A stretch of DNA of 64,000 nucleotides from an uncultured Candidatus Saccharibacteria bacterium (GCA_964496425.1 CAZBZO010000003.1:55728-119727); one strand, 5' to 3'; counted from the first letter of the stretch, positions 1-8,899 are shown. Program-made: numbers and translations. The notes: generated by a model not told the origin, from the sequence alone.

Positions 1-251
1 CTCTCCGGCTTTTCCATTAATCGGCCATTACAGACTGCGACTACATCACTTGAAATAAGTATTGCTGGCTCCTGTATAAGCGGGAGTAAGGCGTCAGCCT
101 TGGCTTCAGCGAGCAAAAGCGGAAGCATATAAAAATCATCATGCCGTATCGCCTTCTCGTCGATATCAGCAGACATGACTTCAAATTCAAAGCCAGCTTT
201 TGCAAGTTCTTCTTTTTTTGTTGGAGAGGCAGAACCTAAAATGAGTTTCAT
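1..251 (-). CDS. maf: Maf-family nucleoside triphosphate pyrophosphatase (5' part; runs off window)
   Basis: Manual translation MKLILGSASPTKKEEL...ADIDEK...AEAKA...ISSDVVAVCNGRLMEKPE matches Maf motifs; not in ORF track because truncated. Confidence 0.85.
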   Translation of the reverse strand, partial: MKLILGSASPTKKEELAKAGFEFEVMSADIDEKAIRHDDFYMLPLLLAEAKADALLPLIQEPAILISSDVVAVCNGRLMEKPE

Positions 252-257
252 ACAAAT

Positions 258-1085
258 TTAAGACATCGCACAAACAGTTTCTGTATACGTCATTTCTTTA
301 CTTACAAGTCCAAGTTGTCCGGTGTAACATTTATTTTGACTGCTATCGATCGTACCAAATACGCGTATGTATGCTTCACCACCTTCGCCAGCAAACGGTT
401 CATTATGACTCTCTGCGTTTTCCTTATCCCAAAAATACTGGAAGTCGAACTTAAAAATAGAAGGATTGGTACCAGAGAGACCGTAATGATTCACATAATA
501 ATCAACTGCACTTAAACTGTTTGAAAAAGCGAACGCGTCATTGAGATTGATCGTTGAGAGACCTTGTCGACCGCTGACTTCAATGCTTCGCTCGAGCGGC
601 CATTCTGACGGCGTTGCAAGATGAGTGCGAGTAGCATTGTAAAGCAAAAACTGATCTTCCCGCTGTACAATAACCCAGGATTTTGTGATTGTGTAATCGA
701 CAATATACTCGTAATTTGTTCCGAATGTATTGAAATCAGTTGATTTAATCGAGATGTAAGAATTGAATAGTGCATCAGTAAGATTGTTTTCTGCTTTAAA
801 TGCCGAGATCCAGGCATTTTTGTATGCATCACAACTATACCCTGTTACAAGTGCGCATTCATCATTTTGAGGCGGGATAGGTGTAGGGCTAGGGATCGGC
901 GATGGAGTAGGAGTAGGTGCGGGAGTAGAAGGAAGAGTTTCTTCCTGGGTCTCTTGGGTTTCTGGAAGCGGAGTGGTCGGGACAAAGACAATTTCAGGTT
1001 CGGGACGTGGGACAAGTACGAGGATAATGAAGATACCAGCAAGGATAATAGCGATAATGGAAAGTAAGAAATTTTTGTTTTTCAT
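258..1085 (-). CDS. Membrane-anchored hypothetical protein with Pro/Thr-rich stalk
   Basis: N-terminal TM helix, PTPTPSPIPSPTP linker, Cys-containing extracellular domain. Confidence 0.7.
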   Translation of the reverse strand: MKNKNFLLSIIAIILAGIFIILVLVPRPEPEIVFVPTTPLPETQETQEETLPSTPAPTPTPSPIPSPTPIPPQNDECALVTGYSCDAYKNAWISAFKAENNLTDALFNSYISIKSTDFNTFGTNYEYIVDYTITKSWVIVQREDQFLLYNATRTHLATPSEWPLERSIEVSGRQGLSTINLNDAFAFSNSLSAVDYYVNHYGLSGTNPSIFKFDFQYFWDKENAESHNEPFAGEGGEAYIRVFGTIDSSQNKCYTGQLGLVSKEMTYTETVCAMS

Positions 1086-1143
1086 GTAAATATGGAAACT
1101 TTATTAATATTTATATATGACGATACATAAACCCTAATCTTAC

Positions 1144-4100
1144 TTAGGCCTTGAGCAGGATTTTGATTGTGAGGGATTCGATTTTTATGCTTTCTCCATC
1201 ATTTTCTGCAAATTCCACATCCTTGGCAAGTACTGTTTTTTTGAAGTCATCCATGAATAGTTCGATAAGCCCAAGAGCATTGTCTGAAATTGTGATTGAA
1301 ATAACATCCTTAGGAGTTAGCCCTTGTTTTTTGCGAAGATCTTGCACAGCGCGAACGAGCTCGCGATACTGACCTTCCTGCTTGAGTTCAGGGGTAATTT
1401 CTGTATTGATTTGTAATTCTGTACCACTTAATACTTCTTTAACATTCAGTTCATCTTTAATAAGACCATGGAATTGTTCCTCAAGAACAGGGGTACTTGG
1501 AATTGTAATACTCTGTAATGTTTGTCGCACTGGGATACCTGCCTTCTGGCGAAGCGCATTTCCCTGCTGGCAAAAACCAATTACAATTTCCATTTTTGTA
1601 ATAAGTTCTTCATTTTCCGCCTTTTTCATTTCTGGCCATTTTGCCAAATGCACACTCTCCTGGTCTCCTTCAATCTTTAATTTCTGCCACAAGTCTTCCG
1701 CAAAAAATGGTGCGAATGGTGCCATGACTTTTGCAAGATTTTTCAAAACAAAATACAAAGTCATTTTTGCCTCTTCCCCGTCCCTCGTCTCGCCGGAGCC
1801 TTGCGCGGAGGCGGATTTCAGTCGATCTCGTGAACGACGCAGATACCAGGTGGAAAGATCGTCAATAAATTCCCGTATGGCTCGCGCTGGCTCGAGCACT
1901 TTATATTCATCAAGTGAGCTCGTTGTAAGTGCGATAAGCTGGTCGAGTCGTGCCACAATCCACGCATCCAAAACGTTCTCGTGCAACTCGTAACTTGTAA
2001 CTCGTAACTCCAAACTTTTATCTCTGTATAGTTCATAAAATGCCACGACGTTGTCGAGTAAGGTGAAAATCTTTCCCTGAAGTTCCTTCACAGTTTTTTC
2101 ATCAAAGTTTTTTGATTCACCTGGCTGATTGACCGAATACATCCACATGCGAAGCGTATCGACACCGTATTTGTCGATCATAGCCCATGGCTCAATAATG
2201 TTACCTTGCGACTTGCTCATTTTTTTACCTTTGTCGTCGAGGATGTGGCCAAGACAAATCACATTCTTATACGCTTTGCCGCGACCAAGAAGCGTCCCAA
2301 CAGCATGCAGTGTGTAGAACCATCCACGTGTTTGGTCGATCGCTTCGCAAATATAGTCTGCCGGATATCCAGCGCCATCTACCCACTCCTTATTTTCGAA
2401 AGGATAATGATCCTGCGCGAGCGGCATCGCGCCACTATCAAACCAGACATCCATGACTTCTTTTACTCGACGATATTCCTTCTTCGTCACGCCGGAGCCA
2501 TCGGCAGAGGCGGGGCCGTCTTTCTCAAGCACTATCTCATCAATGTACGGCCTATGCGGATCAAATTCGTAGTTTTCATTGTGCGGGAGTGGAGCGAAAG
2601 AGAGCTCGCGGATTTCAGCGTTTAGTAAATCAGAATGTTCGTTATTCTTTTTTTCTAAATCCCTAAATGTAAATCCTGAAGCGACAAATTCGAGCGCTCG
2701 ACTCGATGCTGCATGACCGACAATGAGAATATTTTTATTCTGAAATTTTGATTCAATATCATAAATAAAATCTCCCTGCCGTTTTAGCACATCCGCAAAG
2801 CTTTCTCCCCCTGCCAATCTTTTTTCTGGAGAATACACATAATCGTGATTGTAATATTGTTTCACTGCCGAAAGTTCTTGACCTTCAAACTCATTACCGG
2901 GTTCAAGTTCTTGAAGCCGTGCATCATACATCACTTCATCCGAAGGAAAACCTAGTTTCTGACAAACAATTTCTGTACTTTGGCGGGCTCGCTCAAAGGG
3001 CGAAGAAAAGACAACATCAATCTTTTCCCCCAGTTTTGAAATGCTCTCCAAGACTTGTCCTTGTCCTTTTTCTGTCAAAACAGCGTGATGATGATATTCG
3101 TCGGTCCACATTTTACTTGTATTGTTACCCGCTTCTCCGTGCCGCATCACAAAATATTTATTGCCAGATTTCTTGGCATATTTTTTGAGCATGTCGTACG
3201 AATCCACGACCAATCGCTCTCCATCTTCAGCCACCCAAATCGGAAGCGGTGTACCCCAGTACCGCTCACGCGAAATCGCCCAGTCTTTGATGTCTTTCAA
3301 CCATTCACCAAAACGGCCTTGCTTGATGTAACTCGGCTCCCAATTAATTCCTTCGTTTGCTTGTATGAGCTCTTCACGAAGCGTGGACATGCCGATATAC
3401 CACGAATCTCGCGCGTAGTAGATAAGCGGTGTTTTACAACGCCAGCAATGCGGATATGAGTGCGTATAGAGTTCTTTTTTGAAAAATAAATTTTTTGCTG
3501 TGAGGTAGCGAATGATGTCGACGTCGAGCGTCGGTTTGCCGGCTTCATCTTTTTCTTTTACAAATCGTCCTTCGAATTCACCAGTGCCTTTTACAAATGT
3601 GCCGTCAGGATTGACCAGATGAAATTTCGGCAAGCCGACTTTGGTACCAAGCTCAAAGTCTTCTTGTCCATACATGACTGCCGTGTGCACAATACCGGTA
3701 CCGTCCGTCGTCGTCACGAAGTCTGCTGGATAGACTTTATATGCGTTTGCGAGTTTTGGATCACCGGCATCAAGCTCTTGTAAATATGGAAAAAGCGGTT
3801 CATATGAGAGGCCAATTAAATCTCTTCCTTTCATTTCCTTTTCCATTATTTTCTCTGAACCAATCTCCATCTTTTGGAAGAAATCTTTAGAAGCAATAAA
3901 TATATCGTCTGATATTTTAATAAGAGTAGGCTTTTCCGCATCAAAATCCTGGCGATAGTATTTAAAAGCTACATAATCAATATCTTCTCCGACCGCAAGT
4001 CCAACATTCCCAGGTAAAGTCCAAGGTGTTGTTGTCCACGCGAGCAAATAGGTATTTTCTTGTCCAACAATTTTAAATTTCGCAGTGATCGAGAGATCCT

Positions 4101-4758
4101 TATCATCTTGATAGCCTTGTGCAAGTTCGTGACTCGAAAGCGCTGTGCCACAGCGCGGACAGTAGGGCACGACTTTGTAATCTTTATAGAGCAATTTTCG
4201 CTCGTCCACTTTGGCGAGCACGTTCCAAAGCGATTCGATGTAATCGTTGTGATAGGTCACATATGGATGCTCTTCGTCCACCCAGTAGCCGATGCGCTTG
4301 GTAAAGTCTTGCCAGGCATCGACGTATTTCCAGACATTTTCGCGACATTTTTGATTGAAAGCGGCAATGCCGTACTCTTCAATTTCTTTTTTTGATTTGA
4401 GACCAAGCGTTTTCTCGACTTCAAGTTCTACCGGAAGTCCATGCGTATCCCAGCCACCCTTGCGACGCACATGAAAACCCTGCATAGTTTTGTAGCGTGG
4501 AATAATGTCTTTGAATGAGCGGGATTCGAGGTGGTGGATACCCGGCTTGCCGTTGGCAGTCGGCGGACCCTCATAAAAAACAAATTCCTTTCCGCCTTCA
4601 TTTTTGGCCACTGATTGTTCAAATATTTTTCCTTCTTCCCAAAACTCTAAAACGCTCTCTTCACGCTGCGCAAGTGGTGATTTGCTTGTCCCGTTAGAAG
4701 TAGGTTCTACTTGGGAACCGTTAGTTCTAACGGGATGATTTTTTTTATTTTCATCCAT
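1144..4758 (-). CDS. ileS: Isoleucyl-tRNA synthetase (type 2) with inserted histidine-phosphatase domain
   Basis: GPPTANG-PGIHH, GWDTHGLPVE, WTTTPWTLP, DWAISRER, KMSKS; internal RHGE...SSPFERA...VGH domain; upstream Ile T-box. Confidence 0.95.
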   Translation of the reverse strand: MDENKKNHPVRTNGSQVEPTSNGTSKSPLAQREESVLEFWEEGKIFEQSVAKNEGGKEFVFYEGPPTANGKPGIHHLESRSFKDIIPRYKTMQGFHVRRKGGWDTHGLPVELEVEKTLGLKSKKEIEEYGIAAFNQKCRENVWKYVDAWQDFTKRIGYWVDEEHPYVTYHNDYIESLWNVLAKVDERKLLYKDYKVVPYCPRCGTALSSHELAQGYQDDKDLSITAKFKIVGQENTYLLAWTTTPWTLPGNVGLAVGEDIDYVAFKYYRQDFDAEKPTLIKISDDIFIASKDFFQKMEIGSEKIMEKEMKGRDLIGLSYEPLFPYLQELDAGDPKLANAYKVYPADFVTTTDGTGIVHTAVMYGQEDFELGTKVGLPKFHLVNPDGTFVKGTGEFEGRFVKEKDEAGKPTLDVDIIRYLTAKNLFFKKELYTHSYPHCWRCKTPLIYYARDSWYIGMSTLREELIQANEGINWEPSYIKQGRFGEWLKDIKDWAISRERYWGTPLPIWVAEDGERLVVDSYDMLKKYAKKSGNKYFVMRHGEAGNNTSKMWTDEYHHHAVLTEKGQGQVLESISKLGEKIDVVFSSPFERARQSTEIVCQKLGFPSDEVMYDARLQELEPGNEFEGQELSAVKQYYNHDYVYSPEKRLAGGESFADVLKRQGDFIYDIESKFQNKNILIVGHAASSRALEFVASGFTFRDLEKKNNEHSDLLNAEIRELSFAPLPHNENYEFDPHRPYIDEIVLEKDGPASADGSGVTKKEYRRVKEVMDVWFDSGAMPLAQDHYPFENKEWVDGAGYPADYICEAIDQTRGWFYTLHAVGTLLGRGKAYKNVICLGHILDDKGKKMSKSQGNIIEPWAMIDKYGVDTLRMWMYSVNQPGESKNFDEKTVKELQGKIFTLLDNVVAFYELYRDKSLELRVTSYELHENVLDAWIVARLDQLIALTTSSLDEYKVLEPARAIREFIDDLSTWYLRRSRDRLKSASAQGSGETRDGEEAKMTLYFVLKNLAKVMAPFAPFFAEDLWQKLKIEGDQESVHLAKWPEMKKAENEELITKMEIVIGFCQQGNALRQKAGIPVRQTLQSITIPSTPVLEEQFHGLIKDELNVKEVLSGTELQINTEITPELKQEGQYRELVRAVQDLRKKQGLTPKDVISITISDNALGLIELFMDDFKKTVLAKDVEFAENDGESIKIESLTIKILLKA
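1787..1815. repeat. 29-bp REP-like palindromic element, copy 1 (in-frame in ileS)
   Basis: gtctcgccggagccttgcgcggaggcgga aligns without gaps to copies at 2486 and 5150. Confidence 0.7.
1983..2010. repeat. Heptamer tandem repeat (GTAACTC-like x4) inside ileS
   Basis: gcaactc gtaactt gtaactc gtaactc; encodes ELRVTSYEL. Confidence 0.7.
2486..2514. repeat. 29-bp REP-like palindromic element, copy 2 (in-frame in ileS)
   Basis: gtcacgccggagccatcggcagaggcggg; encodes PASADGSGVT. Confidence 0.7.
4689..4735. repeat. 47-bp palindromic element in ileS 5' end
   Basis: 11-bp terminal inverted repeats TCCCGTTAGAA...TTCTAACGGGA; encodes PVRTNGSQVEPTSNG. Confidence 0.7.
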
Positions 4759-4761
4759 AAT

Positions 4762-5016
4762 TTAAATAAAAGCTGTGATAACAGTAAAAATTCCTAGCGC
4801 TATTCCTGGAAGATTCGCCCAAAACAAAAACCAGTCTTTCCTCCAATATGCGTATAGGGACCAGACACTACAGTTGATAGTTACCAAGATAGGTTGAATA
4901 AATATATTGCTCTCCCCATGTAGGTTTGAAAGTGCAACTTCAATAAGCGCAAAAAACATACCGAGCGCTAAGCACGTACCCATAAAACCAAATATTTTTA
5001 TAATTTTCTCGTTCAT
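4762..5016 (-). CDS. SemiSWEET-family small membrane transporter
   Basis: 84 aa, three TM helices, QP...INC.VW..Y and D...WAN.PG motifs; start set at the ATG after the T-box terminator. Confidence 0.7.
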   Translation of the reverse strand: MNEKIIKIFGFMGTCLALGMFFALIEVALSNLHGESNIFIQPILVTINCSVWSLYAYWRKDWFLFWANLPGIALGIFTVITAFI

Positions 5017-5254
5017 AAAAAAGAAAACTCGTCCGGACACAACAATATCTTGTCATGCAAGGACGAGTTTCCTCGTGGTACCACCTTGGTTCCTCTCTTT
5101 CGAGAGCTTATTTAGGACTATGACGGGTCTATCCGCTGGATTCTACTTTGTCACGCCGTAGTTTTACACGAAGGCGGACTTTCTTCCCAGAGCTGCCCGC
5201 CGCATTGGTGGGCTTAGAGGTGATTCCTGCCCGGATTTTCAGACGGGGCCTCTT
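5017..5254 (-). ncRNA. T-box riboswitch, Ile (AUC) specifier
   Basis: Antiterminator CAAGG-UGGUACC-ACGAG-GAAA-CUCGU-CCUUG; competing hairpin AAACUCGUCC/GGACGAGUUU plus U-run; stem III CUCUC-GAAA-GAGAG; stem II with GAA/AGUA; CCGUCA F-box-like; AUC at 5222-5224. Confidence 0.9.
5150..5178. repeat. 29-bp REP-like element, copy 3 (inside T-box stem II)
   Basis: gtcacgccgtagttttacacgaaggcgga. Confidence 0.65.
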
Positions 5255-5270
5255 TTTAGCTTGTACTCCT

Positions 5271-5298
5271 ATCATACTTGAAATAATGCCTCTGTAAA
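5271..5298 (-). promoter_or_regulatory. Sigma70-type promoter for the T-box/ileS leader
   Basis: TTTACA-16 nt-TATGAT on minus strand just upstream of stem I. Confidence 0.6.
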
Positions 5299-5327
5299 GC
5301 TCTCATGTTTCCTGATACAATATATCT

Positions 5328-5591
5328 ATGGATTTTACTTCCAACCTTCCTAAGTTGCCATCTTCCATCCCGGATCCAAGCACCTGGTTTCACCCGTCAT
5401 ATCTTGTCGCTGGTTTTTGGATCGTAGTAGCGATCGTCATGATCATTTCTATGGTGTTGGTCTGGCATTGGAAAGAATATGGCGAAAATTATGTGAGAGG
5501 ATTTCTCGTCCAAGCAATATATGGATTTGGACTTTTACTGATCCTAAGCACACTCCTAACAAAAGTGCATGCTCTCGCCGCACTTCTATGA
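5328..5591 (+). CDS. Small two-TM hypothetical protein
   Basis: Two hydrophobic helices; TGnTACAAT 6 nt before ATG; ATGA overlap with next gene. Confidence 0.7.
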   Translation: MDFTSNLPKLPSSIPDPSTWFHPSYLVAGFWIVVAIVMIISMVLVWHWKEYGENYVRGFLVQAIYGFGLLLILSTLLTKVHALAALL

Positions 5592-6121
5592 AACTCCATC
5601 CGCATGAAAAGAAAATAGCTGTCTTTCGTAAGCATCCCTTTTACATCGCCGTCGATGCCGCACTCTTTTTATTTTTGGCCATACTGCCGATCGCACTCTA
5701 TCGATACGGCCTGCCATTTTTGGGAATAGAACTCTCCATCGTACTCGTCACCGTACTCGACACGTTGTTTTGGCTCTGGGTATTGTTTCTCTGGGTTGGA
5801 TTTTTTGTAGCTTGGACCAACTACTCGCTTGATCTCTGGATTCTCACCAACGAACGCCTCGTCGATGTCGAACAACTCGGGCTTTTTTCTCGAAGTGTCG
5901 CCACCTTGGAGCTTTCGCATGTCGAAGACGTCACTATAGAAACTCATGGCATGTGGGACGAGCTACTTCGTAGTGGCACAGTCAAAGTCCAAACCGCCGG
6001 CACTAAAGATGAATTTCGTATCAGAAATGTCGCCCTCCCCGAATCCGTCAAAGATACGATCCTTATCGCTCATCGAGCAAAGCGAGACGAAGTGAAAAAA
6101 GTGGAAGTCGTCAACGGATAA
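5588..6121 (+). CDS. Membrane protein with bacterial PH (bPH_2-like) domain
   Basis: FRKHP, two TMs, WILTNERLVDVEQ.GLF.R...L..VEDV...GTV.VQTAG; start reassigned to ATG 5588. Confidence 0.8.
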   Translation: MKLHPHEKKIAVFRKHPFYIAVDAALFLFLAILPIALYRYGLPFLGIELSIVLVTVLDTLFWLWVLFLWVGFFVAWTNYSLDLWILTNERLVDVEQLGLFSRSVATLELSHVEDVTIETHGMWDELLRSGTVKVQTAGTKDEFRIRNVALPESVKDTILIAHRAKRDEVKKVEVVNG

Positions 6122-6231
6122 AAACACTTTCGTAAAAATAAGGTATTTCTCCTCCCACTTTTACTTCTTGCCACACAAGGAGTAGAATCATAGTAAATCA
6201 CACCCTTTCAAGTCACCTTAAAAACTCTCCC

Positions 6232-7086
6232 ATGAAAAAGACACTGCTCTTTTCATTGATGCTCATCTCGGCTACCGTGTGCGCTCAATACACTCCCAAA
6301 TCTCCGGGAAACGACACAATCATTTCTCGTTTTAATGCGCAAAGCGAATTTTTACTTTCGTATATCGCTTCCCCGATGTGTTTCAAGCACCTCAGGAGTT
6401 CGTATGCTTATCAAGCACAGATCATGTATATTGGTTCTGAAACAGATCCCTTAGACTCGATTCTTGCTCGAAATGAACAAAATATCCGCTATGATCGTGT
6501 CTGCACTGCATCGTATGCTATTCAAGAAAAAACAATATTGGATATGCTAATCGAACTTGCCACGAGTAACGGTGTAAGTTTTATCGGCCTCTACGCCGTC
6601 GAATCACCAGTGGCTATTTTTACTATCAGACCAAGCTACGGCATACTACATCACGTAGACAAAGGATCAATACTTTTTTCGCCGCTCGCACACGAAAAAT
6701 TGTATCGCACCTGTCCGATCCACGAACTCACACATCGAAGTACTGACGGTTCAGTGCGACTCAATCGAGGGACAATTATGCGCATCAGAGAAAAAACCAA
6801 ACTCGACACTGTGAGTTCCGGATTGTTTCTCGATCTGCGTACCAATACAATACATTGCTACTATGACAATCCATGTGAAGTGACAGCGCGACTCAATGCA
6901 CTTCGATATATTTTGTACCAGGCTGGAATATATGATCCACGATACCAGGAATTCAAAAAAGAATACCTGAGCTTTACTCAAAAATATTGTTCGGAGAAAA
7001 ATCCAGAATTCGACACCAATGTAGCTGATTTACTATCCATAGCCTCTCCAGACGATTTAGTCTGGCTAATGAATAATATTGATTGA
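6232..7086 (+). CDS. Secreted protein with zincin-like HExxH motif
   Basis: Signal peptide MKKTLL...VCA|Q; HELTH followed by NPCEVTARL (possible third ligand Glu). Confidence 0.55.
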   Translation: MKKTLLFSLMLISATVCAQYTPKSPGNDTIISRFNAQSEFLLSYIASPMCFKHLRSSYAYQAQIMYIGSETDPLDSILARNEQNIRYDRVCTASYAIQEKTILDMLIELATSNGVSFIGLYAVESPVAIFTIRPSYGILHHVDKGSILFSPLAHEKLYRTCPIHELTHRSTDGSVRLNRGTIMRIREKTKLDTVSSGLFLDLRTNTIHCYYDNPCEVTARLNALRYILYQAGIYDPRYQEFKKEYLSFTQKYCSEKNPEFDTNVADLLSIASPDDLVWLMNNID

Positions 7087-7090
7087 AATG

Positions 7091-7129
7091 AACGCCTGAC
7101 CGTTTTCCCAAACTGGTCAGGCGTTTTTT
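7091..7129. terminator. Hairpin terminator between convergent genes
   Basis: AACGCCTGACC...GGTCAGGCGTT plus T-run. Confidence 0.75.
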
Positions 7130-8846
7130 ACATCCTCTCCGGCATTTTGATGCCAAGGAGATAGAGGCCATTTTTCATGGTCGCTATAAATGCTTCCGTA
7201 AGCGCTATTTTGTACGGCGAATACTGGTCATCTTTACTCACAATTGGGTGCTGTGCATAGAAAGCATTGAACTCGCCGGCAAGCGCAGTGAGGTACGTAA
7301 CGATATGGTGTGGTTCGTATTCTTCTAAAGCGCGGGTGACCACTTCTGGAAATCGATATAAATATTTTTCGAGGGTAAAAATTTCTGCTGGCGTATCTCC
7401 CGTATTTGAAGCCAGGCTTTCTCCTTCGGCCTTTTTCAACACCGAACCAGCGCGCGTGGCACTGTATTGTAAGTACGGACCCGAATCACCCTCGAAAGAA
7501 ATAGACTTCTCTGCGTCGTAGACGATATCACTACCGATGCCAGAGCGAAGGATCGAATACTTAAGTGCCGCCACGCCAACGATCTCGGCGATTTCTTTTT
7601 TCTCACCATCGGCAAATTCTCGCTCGGCTATTTTTTCCAAAATCATATTTTGCGCATCAGCAAGGAGTGCCTCTCCGGTCACCACATTGCCTTTCCGCGA
7701 GCCCATCTTGCCTGTCGTAAGACGCATCATGCCGTGAGTGATATGCTTCATGCGAGCTGCTATATCGGGCTTCATAAGCTCGATAGCCTTTTGTACGACT
7801 TTCATATACTCAGCTTGTTCATTGGCAGTGATGACGATAGAGAGAGCGAGGTCAGATTCTTTTTCAAATTTGGTCTCAGTGAGACCAAGCTCTTTGGTTT
7901 CATACGTCGGCAGACCTTGCGAAGTGATGAACACGCGAGTATGAAGCTTCGGATCATGCTCTTCGGCTTTAAAGACGATCGCTCCATCACTTTCACTAAA
8001 CACTGAACCAACATTGTTTTTCACAATATCTACTCCGATCGGCGCCATGTCACTTTCAAAAAAATAATGCACAAACTTTGTACCCAAAAGTGCGTAAATC
8101 TCTTCAAATGCAGCAAGTGTCACTTCGCGACCCCAGTCATACAGCGCATTGATTTCAGGATCGCTCTTTTCATAGATTTTTTTATTGATCGCATCAATCT
8201 CTTTTTTGGCGTTTTCGTCTTCGTCATAGAGATTGGAACCTTCACTGTATCGCATACCGATATACTGCGCTTGAACCGAATCCGGCAAAGTTTCTTCCGG
8301 TTTACCGGTTTGCAAAAGTCGGTAGATAGTTTTAGCAACATGAAGACCGACATCTCCTTGATAGTTGGCACGGATCACCTGGGCGCCACTCCACTCCCCA
8401 AGACGAGCAATCGACTCACCAATAACATTGGTCATCAAGTGACCGATATGAAATGGCTTGAAGGGATTGGGGTCGGTGTACTCGACCATGATCTTTTTGC
8501 CGGCACTCATGCTATTTTGCCCCCATGTTTTAGTGTCTTTCAAAATGCCAATGGTCGCATCGGAGAAGAATCCGCGGGAGAGGTGGAAGTTGATAAAGCC
8601 GGGACCTGCAACTTGAATTTCCTGTATTTCAGGAAATTCACCCTGAGTCTGCCGAAGGGTCGCCACTATTTTCTCCGCAAGCTCGCGAGGATTTGTTTTG
8701 GCTTGGTTTGCCAAAACGAGTGCCACATTGGTCGAATAGTCTCCATGCGTAATATCGCTCGGATGCTCAAGCGCAAAATCCACCTCGGGCAATCCGAGCT
8801 GGGCAAGACTTTTTTGTATGAGATTTCGTATAGAATCGACGATCAC
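7128..8846 (-). CDS. argS: Arginyl-tRNA synthetase
   Basis: HGDYSTN, GPGFIN, VEYTDPNPFKPFHIGH, KMGSRKG, GDSGPYLQY, C-terminal PERM; GTG start chosen 6 nt after a TGnTACACT box. Confidence 0.95.
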   Translation of the reverse strand: MIVDSIRNLIQKSLAQLGLPEVDFALEHPSDITHGDYSTNVALVLANQAKTNPRELAEKIVATLRQTQGEFPEIQEIQVAGPGFINFHLSRGFFSDATIGILKDTKTWGQNSMSAGKKIMVEYTDPNPFKPFHIGHLMTNVIGESIARLGEWSGAQVIRANYQGDVGLHVAKTIYRLLQTGKPEETLPDSVQAQYIGMRYSEGSNLYDEDENAKKEIDAINKKIYEKSDPEINALYDWGREVTLAAFEEIYALLGTKFVHYFFESDMAPIGVDIVKNNVGSVFSESDGAIVFKAEEHDPKLHTRVFITSQGLPTYETKELGLTETKFEKESDLALSIVITANEQAEYMKVVQKAIELMKPDIAARMKHITHGMMRLTTGKMGSRKGNVVTGEALLADAQNMILEKIAEREFADGEKKEIAEIVGVAALKYSILRSGIGSDIVYDAEKSISFEGDSGPYLQYSATRAGSVLKKAEGESLASNTGDTPAEIFTLEKYLYRFPEVVTRALEEYEPHHIVTYLTALAGEFNAFYAQHPIVSKDDQYSPYKIALTEAFIATMKNGLYLLGIKMPERM

Positions 8847-8862
8847 GGAATCAGTGTAACAT

Positions 8863-8899
8863 AAAAAAATGGACTCCTGCATTGAGCTGAAGTCCATTT
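8863..8899 (-). terminator. Intrinsic terminator
   Basis: AAATGGACT...AGTCCATTT stem followed by U-run on minus strand. Confidence 0.6.

Noticed and set aside
2590-3165. Intein in ileS
   Set aside because: No Cys/Ser start, His-Asn end or LAGLIDADG motifs; the insert is a histidine phosphatase.
8067-8864. 265-aa antisense ORF and similar antisense ORFs over ileS, glyA, nrdA
   Set aside because: Lie opposite well-supported genes and show no motifs.
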